A stretch of 64,000 nucleotides of DNA, taken from contig CBDEUS010000002.1 in NCBI GenBank assembly GCA_965243395.1, positions 768,001 to 832,000 on the forward strand. The letters are read 5' to 3'. Below are positions 57,087 through 64,000 of this stretch, one piece after another. Source of the DNA: Gammaproteobacteria bacterium (GTDB lineage Bacteria; Pseudomonadota; Gammaproteobacteria; UBA4575). The position numbers and the translations under genes are program-made. Below the pieces are notes generated by a model. It ran no database searches and was not told the DNA's origin. It saw nothing but the letters and a program-made list of their open reading frames with translations. How positions within the stretch are numbered: the first letter of the stretch is position 1; each line of letters starts with the position of its first letter.

Positions 57087-59015
57087 ATGGCGGAAGAGAG
57101 ACTTACGTTTCGACGCTACAAGGATGGTGATCATGTAACCACGCAGTGGAACAAGGACGTTGTTCAAAACGGACTTTCTGAAATTTGCCCGGCCTATATT
57201 CATCGCACTCCACCTTGTCAGGCTAGTTGTCCTTCTGGCCATGATATACGCGGATGGTTATCTATTGTTCGTGGCATCGATAAACCAAAAGGCGATATGA
57301 CGTGGGAAGAATATGCTTTTAGACGCATGACTATGTCGAATCCGTTTCCTTCTGTAATGGGTAGAGTGTGTCCCGCTCCTTGCGAAGATGGGTGTAATCG
57401 TAATGAGGTGGAAGAAGCGGTTGGAATTAATTCAGTTGAGCAATACGTTGGAGATTGGGCACTCGAACATAATTTAACTTTTCCAGAACCTGGACCAGAC
57501 AGTGGCAAAAAAGTTGCCATTGTTGGTGGTGGATGCGCCGGACTTACTGCGGCCTTCTTTTTAAGACAAAAAGGTCATGCATGCACATTATTTGATGAGT
57601 ATGACCAGCTTGGTGGCATGATGGTGTTTGGTATACCAGGTTATCGTACACCGCGTTCTGTTTTGGAAGGCGAGATTCAAAGAATTATTGATATGGGTGT
57701 AGAGGTCAAACTCAATACTCGTGTGGGTACTGATGTTTCGGTTGACGAACTTGAGCGAGATTATGACGCAATCTTTTGGGGGATTGGCGCAGTAGCTGGA
57801 AAAAGAATTCCTATTCCAGGTGGTGATGCGCCGAATGTTGTAGATGGAATGTCATATCTTCGAGCTTTCAATGAAGACCGATTGAAGTATTTAAATGGAC
57901 GCATTCTGGTGATTGGTGCCGGTGATACTGCAATGGATGTGCTAGCGGTTGCGCGACGTATTGGAAATATAAATAAAGTTACTAAAAAAGATCGTCCTGA
58001 AAATGTAATTTTAGGATACACCGTGCACGATGTTGCATCAGTGGCTAAACGTAAAGGTGCAGATGTTTGGGTAGTGTACAGACGTCCTATTTCTGAAGCG
58101 CCTGCAACTAAACATGAACTTGATGCCGTTATACGCGAGGGTGTGGAGATTCATGACGGTTTATCCCCTGTAGAAGTTATTCTGGATGAGAAAGGTCGGG
58201 CCAAAGCATTGCGCGTGGTGCCCGTTGAGCTTGTTGATGGTGAATTAAAAACTAAAGATGGTGAAGAGTTTGATATCGAATGTAGCCTGATAGTGAGCGC
58301 AACCGGTCAAACAGGTGATTACCGCGGTATTGAAGAGTTTGATAATGGATGGGGCTTAATGAATGCCGACAAGGTCTATCGAGTTGAAGGGAAGCCAGGG
58401 CATTTTGTTGCAGGAGATGCGATTAATCCGCATTTGTTAACTACTGCAATTGGGCAAGCGTCTATCGCTGCTGAAAGTATGCACCATTATTTAATGGACG
58501 AGGAAATTCCAGCCAGGCCTAAAATTGATACTCATCATTTTAAGTTGTTAGATGAATTACGAGAGCGTGAATTAGAGCCTGAACATTTTGAAACTCAAGA
58601 AGCATGGGGCACTGATTCTGCAAAATTTGCAGTGCATAATTATGAAGATCGCTCTGCTACAGAGATTGCAACTCATGACCAGTTGCACATGGCGTATTTT
58701 GAAGAAGTGCCAATGAATCGTAGAGATGAAGCGAACATTACTGCGGAAGAAGTGCTAAATAATTTTCAAGAACGTTTCTCTGTATTAGAAGAACAAAAAG
58801 CAATTGATGAAGCAGAGCGTTGCATGAGCTGTGGTATGTGTTTTGAATGTGACAACTGCGTTGTCTATTGTCCGGAAGATGCAATCTTCAGAGTAAAAAA
58901 GGAACAGTATGCAGTGGGGCGTTATGTCGATACCGATTATGACAAATGTGTAGGTTGTCACATCTGTGCAGATGTATGTCCAAGCGGTTATATCAAAATG
59001 GGATTAACGTATTAA
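57087..59015 (+). CDS. dsrL: Second DsrL paralogue with YRR motif
   Basis: RBS GGAGG before ATG 57087; colinear with the operon DsrL; GAGDTAMD and VYRRP motifs. Confidence 0.92.
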   Translation: MAEERLTFRRYKDGDHVTTQWNKDVVQNGLSEICPAYIHRTPPCQASCPSGHDIRGWLSIVRGIDKPKGDMTWEEYAFRRMTMSNPFPSVMGRVCPAPCEDGCNRNEVEEAVGINSVEQYVGDWALEHNLTFPEPGPDSGKKVAIVGGGCAGLTAAFFLRQKGHACTLFDEYDQLGGMMVFGIPGYRTPRSVLEGEIQRIIDMGVEVKLNTRVGTDVSVDELERDYDAIFWGIGAVAGKRIPIPGGDAPNVVDGMSYLRAFNEDRLKYLNGRILVIGAGDTAMDVLAVARRIGNINKVTKKDRPENVILGYTVHDVASVAKRKGADVWVVYRRPISEAPATKHELDAVIREGVEIHDGLSPVEVILDEKGRAKALRVVPVELVDGELKTKDGEEFDIECSLIVSATGQTGDYRGIEEFDNGWGLMNADKVYRVEGKPGHFVAGDAINPHLLTTAIGQASIAAESMHHYLMDEEIPARPKIDTHHFKLLDELRERELEPEHFETQEAWGTDSAKFAVHNYEDRSATEIATHDQLHMAYFEEVPMNRRDEANITAEEVLNNFQERFSVLEEQKAIDEAERCMSCGMCFECDNCVVYCPEDAIFRVKKEQYAVGRYVDTDYDKCVGCHICADVCPSGYIKMGLTY

Positions 59016-59061
59016 TAAAAACCCATAGAAGAAAATAAAAGCTTTTATAAAAAAGTAATTT

Positions 59062-59400
59062 CTATACTGCGCTTCCGAAGCCTTTGTCTTGTGCACCAGC
59101 AGGTGCATGCAGACCCGCTACTCTACAGCCTTGCGCAACTGGACCACCTGGGAATAGATCATATAAATATTTCATGCCGCCTTTGTAGTGGAATTTTTCT
59201 TCCAATGCATCATGCAATTCACGCATATTAATTTGCTTAATTTCATGGCGCGAATAAAATTCTTGTAAAGCATGGATTACGCCAAAATGATCTTCAGTCA
59301 GAACCAGACCTTCTTCTGTAGCTACATCAGTTGCATTCTCGTCCGTCCAATCTTCCGTAATGAACATCCGGGCATAATCATTTTTAGTAGTTACTGTCAT
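59062..59400 (-). CDS. DsrC/TusE-family paralogue lacking CysA (RspA-like)
   Basis: LT.DH..VI..L and YLY.LFPGGPVAQGCRVAGL motifs; ends DKGFGSAV. Confidence 0.9.
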   Translation of the reverse strand: MTVTTKNDYARMFITEDWTDENATDVATEEGLVLTEDHFGVIHALQEFYSRHEIKQINMRELHDALEEKFHYKGGMKYLYDLFPGGPVAQGCRVAGLHAPAGAQDKGFGSAV

Positions 59401-59618
59401 TTGTTTATCCCTTTTGTTACAACTAGATTACGTAAATAAATTGACGCTTCTAATTATATCAGTTTTTGCAAGCTCTAATAAAAAAAGGAATAGATAAAAG
59501 CTCAAAAATATTTGGGTTTATGCATATGGCTGTTTAATAAATTAGAGACGATATAAAATCGTTTTGTCTTTAAAGAAAGATTTATTTATATTTAAGCTGT
59601 ATCTCTATGGGAAAAATA

Positions 59619-60059
59619 TTACTTTGTTAATCTCTTTTCCATTCTTTTATGCTTGATTTCTGACAGCTCGCTTTTATTCTTACCTTTAATCACATAACCA
59701 TTTTTATGGTAAAAATTAATTGCGTTCTCGCGAGCATATAACCAACACTTTTGTGCATTATTGGTTATGGCATGATTCTCTAGATGGTTAAGAATTGTGC
59801 TGCCAATCATTTGATTTTGAAATTGTTCATGAACAGCCATATAGCGAATGCGTGCATCGCTATTTAATTCAAAATGAAGTCGACCGATTCCGACTATAGA
59901 ATCATTATAAAAGGCAGCCATATGAAAAGCGCTTTTTTCTAAGTCATCTTTTTCTGTTCCAATAGGGAGATTTAAGGGCTTACGTAATTGCTCCCAGCGG
60001 AATGCGAAATATTCTTCAAATTCATTCTTATTTGATGGTGACCGGTATATATACGACAT
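59619..60059 (-). CDS. GNAT N-acetyltransferase
   Basis: R..LR.PL, IRYMAV...Q...IG and A..FY.KNGY motifs. Confidence 0.9.
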   Translation of the reverse strand: MSYIYRSPSNKNEFEEYFAFRWEQLRKPLNLPIGTEKDDLEKSAFHMAAFYNDSIVGIGRLHFELNSDARIRYMAVHEQFQNQMIGSTILNHLENHAITNNAQKCWLYARENAINFYHKNGYVIKGKNKSELSEIKHKRMEKRLTK

Positions 60060-60653
60060 TTAAGCAAAGACGATCCAAGTCGTAGCAATGTACTTAACTC
60101 CACTTTCCAAAATTACGCCACGATGTTCATGGGTCCAAAATGGTGGAAATAAAATTAACTTTCCAAGTTCCGGTTTAATTTTAATATCTTGAAATAAAAA
60201 TTCTGTTTCACCTCCTGGTCCTTCTACATCATTTAAATACCAAATAGCCACCAGTTGTCTATGGCTAAAATCATGACTACCTCCATCGATATGCCAATGG
60301 TAATGCTCACCCGGATTTGTTCGTTGCACGCCATAGCCCATGTCTTTAAACGGGCCTTTAAAAAAAGGATAGGTTTCGCGAAACTCTAAAATGGTTTTGC
60401 CTAAAGATTGAAATAATGCTTTATCTACGTCTTTCCAATGCTCTTTTCCACTTACAAGAAGATCAGTTGATTTTTTGATACTTTCATCTTTGTCTGCGAG
60501 TTGACCAATTCGTCCTTTATATTGTCCCTTTTTGTCTTTTTCAAAACGTTCAATTATGTCTTGGCAAAATTCATTTGTGAGCGCGTTTCGTTTTTCAAAA
60601 ACAAATGAATAGGGCTTGACCTCTTCTATGGTCTGTAAAGATTTAGTGGACAT
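60060..60653 (-). CDS. 2OG-Fe(II) oxygenase
   Basis: WHID, WYLND...GGETEF and FPPFWTHEHRG....KY..TTW motifs. Confidence 0.9.
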   Translation of the reverse strand: MSTKSLQTIEEVKPYSFVFEKRNALTNEFCQDIIERFEKDKKGQYKGRIGQLADKDESIKKSTDLLVSGKEHWKDVDKALFQSLGKTILEFRETYPFFKGPFKDMGYGVQRTNPGEHYHWHIDGGSHDFSHRQLVAIWYLNDVEGPGGETEFLFQDIKIKPELGKLILFPPFWTHEHRGVILESGVKYIATTWIVFA

Positions 60654-60656
60654 TTT

Positions 60657-61700
60657 TTATAAGATATTACTTTCTACAAGACGTTCTAATTTTGCAAAAT
60701 CCATATTTTTATCTTTTTTGTACTGTTGTAACAATTTATTTGCCAAGTTGCTCCAATGTTGCACTCCTTTAGCAACAAGTGTTTTCATAGGTTTAATATC
60801 ATTCGTTTCTATCCAAGTCTGATAGGCTTTATGAAAACTTGGGAATAACTCTTTACGCATGGCCACTAAATTAGCTGAATAAAAATGTAGGGAGGCAGGA
60901 TTGTAATTTTCAATTAAACCGGGAAGTGTAGACAAACAATCAGCCAGTAAATCTTTAACTGCTCTTGCCATAAGTTCAGCACGTGAACGTGGTAAGTTTA
61001 CAATCATTTCCCGCCAATCCTCGCCCAGTTCTTTAGTAGCAATTAATTCTCCGATTTCATGCAGAGTGACAGCTTCAAGCTCATTGTCTGTCATTTGATC
61101 GAGTGCATGATCAACATTATTTTCAAAATCGTAATAAGATAAAGCACGTGACATTGCGTTTTCATATTTGTGCCACTGCCATTCGGTAAATTTTTCCCAA
61201 AGATATCTGCGTAACGCTTCGCGTCGAATGAAAACATTTTTACCTTGTGTCATTGCTGGAGGGGCTGTTAAGTCACGTGCACATTCATCTGCAGATACAT
61301 ACATAGTGAAATCGTTATACACTTCTTTTTCTTCTAGCTTGGCTAGAAAAAAATGCGGTGCAGATCGAACACCGATACCACCACTGTACACATAGCCTTT
61401 AGGCGCCAAAACTTTATTGATATTTTCGGTATCGAAAGGATCATATTCTTTGCCATCAATTTTTAAAGGAATATATGATTGATCTTCAATTTCCTCCCAC
61501 AATGTTTCACGCTCTTGTACCCAATTTCCAACATCTTCTTTTGGTAAGACATCATTATATGAATAACCATTCTCCCAACGATAATATTCACGCATCTTAA
61601 GTAGATACACACACAGAGTGTAATTTGCCGCGTGATGAGCATCTGAAATATCACAGTTCTTCTGAACCGTTTCACAAAGTGGATGTGTATCTTTTTGCAT
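60657..61700 (-). CDS. Conserved hypothetical protein (Sfum_1244-like)
   Basis: QKNCDISDA, C.YLLKMREYYRWE, LHEIGE and RAVKDLLAD motifs; family name recalled, not searched. Confidence 0.7.
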   Translation of the reverse strand: MQKDTHPLCETVQKNCDISDAHHAANYTLCVYLLKMREYYRWENGYSYNDVLPKEDVGNWVQERETLWEEIEDQSYIPLKIDGKEYDPFDTENINKVLAPKGYVYSGGIGVRSAPHFFLAKLEEKEVYNDFTMYVSADECARDLTAPPAMTQGKNVFIRREALRRYLWEKFTEWQWHKYENAMSRALSYYDFENNVDHALDQMTDNELEAVTLHEIGELIATKELGEDWREMIVNLPRSRAELMARAVKDLLADCLSTLPGLIENYNPASLHFYSANLVAMRKELFPSFHKAYQTWIETNDIKPMKTLVAKGVQHWSNLANKLLQQYKKDKNMDFAKLERLVESNIL

Positions 61701-61770
61701 AGGCCTATTATAAGGACTCTATGTTAGGATCTTAATACCATGTTTATTAACACTATAAATTGCAGGTTAA

Positions 61771-62385
61771 ATGGCAAGATTAAAGACTAAATGGAATCAA
61801 GCAGATAGAAAGCGTACCCCTGAGGAAGTTGCGAGTGTCATCGGATTCAATGTTTGGGTGTTGGCTGGCGATTCTTGTCTATTTCTTGAAAATGAAGGTT
61901 TTGAAACCGAGACGCAATCTCAGCGACTAGATGTAATAGCTGAGTTTGCCGCCTTTGGTGCACACATTGCTGATCGAATGGTTTTCGACGAGCTTACGGC
62001 TGCGGAACGAGAATTATTTATAAATGCATTAGGACATAATCTTGCAAATACTATGCAAGCTAATCGTGAAGAGCTGTATGGTTCTGGAGAGTATCGAAAA
62101 GTATTTATTAATCTGCTAAATAATCGGATGAATGAGTATAGTGAATATTCATATACACATGAAGATGGTCCGAGTTTTTCCATGCGGCGTTTAGTGGGTA
62201 ATCATGTGCAAGAAGTAATGGGTGAAAAAGATAATAAATGGATTCCTGATTACGTAATCGATTCAGAAATTCCGAAAATATTATTAGGGCTAAAAAGAGT
62301 GTTTAAAGGTCAAAGTGCATCTTTAAGTGACGCTGAATTTGCTCCACCTCCTATACCTGAAAGTGGCGTTTGGGGTGAAGAATAA
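61771..62385 (+). CDS. Hypothetical protein
   Basis: 204-aa ORF with protein-like composition; RBS AGGT. Confidence 0.75.
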   Translation: MARLKTKWNQADRKRTPEEVASVIGFNVWVLAGDSCLFLENEGFETETQSQRLDVIAEFAAFGAHIADRMVFDELTAAERELFINALGHNLANTMQANREELYGSGEYRKVFINLLNNRMNEYSEYSYTHEDGPSFSMRRLVGNHVQEVMGEKDNKWIPDYVIDSEIPKILLGLKRVFKGQSASLSDAEFAPPPIPESGVWGEE

Positions 62386-62403
62386 ATAAACAAAGGAGTA
62401 AAG

Positions 62404-62655
62404 ATGCTTTTATTAAAACCAAGTTGTGAATGCTGTGATAAAGATCTTCCTCCTGAATCAATGGAAGCACGAATGTGTTCATTCGAATGCACATTTTGTT
62501 CATCGTGTGCGGATTCGGTTCTTAGTGGCAAATGCCCAAATTGTGGTGGTGAATTGGTAAGGAGGCCACGAAGACCGAAATATAAGTTAGTAGAGTTCCC
62601 CGCATCCACAGAACGTGTATTCAAGCCAGATGGATGTAAAAAGATTGCCTCATAA
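62404..62655 (+). CDS. DUF1272 family Cys-rich protein
   Basis: LKPSCECCDKDLPP...CSFECTFC..C...CPNCGGELVRRP motif. Confidence 0.92.
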   Translation: MLLLKPSCECCDKDLPPESMEARMCSFECTFCSSCADSVLSGKCPNCGGELVRRPRRPKYKLVEFPASTERVFKPDGCKKIAS

Positions 62656-62757
62656 TTAGGTATAAAGTATTAAAGACTGCTAGCAACCCAAAGTGGTTTT
62701 TCTATTCGTTTACATTTATTAACAAAAGTTTTTACTTTTGTATCATGCTTAGAATTC

Positions 62758-62921
62758 TAAACCGTTCTAACTCTTAACTCTAAACCACACTCCACTGTTT
62801 GTGTGTTTTATTTCGCTTAAATTTTTCTATAAAAAATTTATTTTAGAATTAAGCGTTGTTTATATAAACACGCTCTAACTCTTAACTTTAAACTAAACTC
62901 CAATGTTTATTTCTCTTAAAT
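62758..62921. repeat. Imperfect direct repeat of about 60 bp, two copies
   Basis: TCTAACTCTTAACTCTAAACCACACTCCACTGTTT (62766) versus TCTAACTCTTAACTTTAAACTAAACTCCAATGTTT (62874); both followed by TATTTCNCTTAAAT. Confidence 0.75.
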
Positions 62922-63030
62922 AAATATGGACTAAGATCATTTATGGACCTTAATGCAATTTAATCCTTGAACATTTCCGTTAAGTAAAAACTTTATTTAA
63001 GCAATTATTTTTTTATGTTTAAATAAATTT

Positions 63031-63732
63031 ATGCAAAATACATTTATACATCCAGACTATATGTTGTTAGTTAAAAATCTAGCTAACTATTATAAAAATA
63101 AATTTATTAATAATACTGATTATAAAGATCTAGAGCAGTCCGGTTTGGTAGGTTTATTAGAAGCACTACGCTTAGTTGATGAAAATAAGCAAGACAGCTT
63201 TAGGTCTATTGTATATGCGCGTATATGTGAAGAAATGCAAAAAGAACTTCGCAATGGAGATTGGACACCTCCCAGATATACCAAATTGTTTCAAAACATC
63301 ATCGATGCTAGAGAAAATATTGAAAGAACAAAAGGAACTAAAGCAACTGACTTACAGGTTGCAAACGAAATGAAAATATCAATCGAAAAGTACTATAAAC
63401 TGATTAGTGATTATCAAATCTCTCGCATGTTGAGTTTTAAAGAAAATCAAAACCTTCATGCCTCCTCACAATATGATGACTTGTTACAGTTAAATTTCAC
63501 TGCAAGTATCTACTTAAGCCCTGCTGATAAATGTAATTTAGATGATTTACGCGCAAGACTTGCAAAGGAAATAGATAAGTTACCAAAAAAACAAAAGCTG
63601 GTGCTCTCTATGTATTACGATGATGAGCTTAAAATGAAAACAATCGGTAATATCCTTGGCATCAGCGAATCAAGGGTATGTCAAATACATAAAAGTGCAT
63701 TAGATCAATTACGCAAATCATTCGTTAATTAA
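63031..63732 (+). CDS. Divergent FliA/WhiG (sigma28)-family sigma factor
   Basis: DLEQSGLVGLLEA, LR..DW.P and region 4 IGNILGISESRVCQIH motifs. Confidence 0.85.
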   Translation: MQNTFIHPDYMLLVKNLANYYKNKFINNTDYKDLEQSGLVGLLEALRLVDENKQDSFRSIVYARICEEMQKELRNGDWTPPRYTKLFQNIIDARENIERTKGTKATDLQVANEMKISIEKYYKLISDYQISRMLSFKENQNLHASSQYDDLLQLNFTASIYLSPADKCNLDDLRARLAKEIDKLPKKQKLVLSMYYDDELKMKTIGNILGISESRVCQIHKSALDQLRKSFVN

Positions 63733-63769
63733 TCGTAAATTGTAGTAACTTTACGCAAGGATGCAGACT

Positions 63770-64000
63770 ATGAAAACTCAAAACGATACCTACAATTACC
63801 CTAAAGAAGTAATTTCAGTTCTCTCTGAGAGGCTCATTAAATGCCGCCAATTTGATAATCGAGATACCACTGTGATGTATCAAGCTAATGATAATGACAC
63901 AATTTATGAAACTCCCACAGATGGAGCAAATACCAAGATATGGAAGGCGCGAACAAATTTATTTAATAAGGCAAAAATAAAAATTAGTCTCAATACAATA
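63770..64000 (+). CDS. Hypothetical protein, runs off the window edge
   Basis: AAGGA upstream; frame MKTQNDTYNYPKEV... stays open to the end. Confidence 0.5.
   Translation, partial: MKTQNDTYNYPKEVISVLSERLIKCRQFDNRDTTVMYQANDNDTIYETPTDGANTKIWKARTNLFNKAKIKISLNTI

Noticed and set aside
62758-62921. Direct repeat as a mini CRISPR array
   Set aside because: Only two degenerate, non-palindromic copies with low-complexity AT sequence between them.
1017-63373. Many 60-110 aa ORFs overlapping real genes (e.g. 3226, 9646, 14898, 25003, 46158, 57218, 62310)
   Set aside because: Antisense or off-frame shadows of well-supported CDSs, with no recognisable motifs.

Overview
AT-rich chromosomal segment, most likely from a sulfur-oxidizing gammaproteobacterium. 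The right half holds a complete reverse-Dsr operon (dsrABEFHCMKLJOPNR, minus strand, 40.2-52.9 kb). Divergent from dsrA is a five-gene operon: TauD-like dioxygenase, 66-aa protein, an orphan Cas6 (Cmx6-like), a Cys-free DsrC paralogue and a 67-aa protein. I saw no CRISPR array or other cas gene in the window. Nearby are a second DsrL with NADP(H)-type motifs, a third DsrC paralogue, two more 2OG-Fe(II) oxygenases and a soluble NarX/NarL-like two-component system. The left half has a cfa-associated lipid cluster, an OmpR-family two-component system, many thiol-redox genes, nrdAB with NrdR and DnaA boxes, an Atm1-like exporter, a Fur-boxed MauG-like di-heme enzyme and an unknown secreted protein. 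Between 28.4 and 29.1 kb is an unannotated transcription unit (NtrC-like, IHF and sigma54 sites) encoding a 36-aa membrane peptide with an sRNA-like 3' end. I found no rRNA, tRNA, transposase or CRISPR array. All family assignments are from motif recognition by eye, not database searches.
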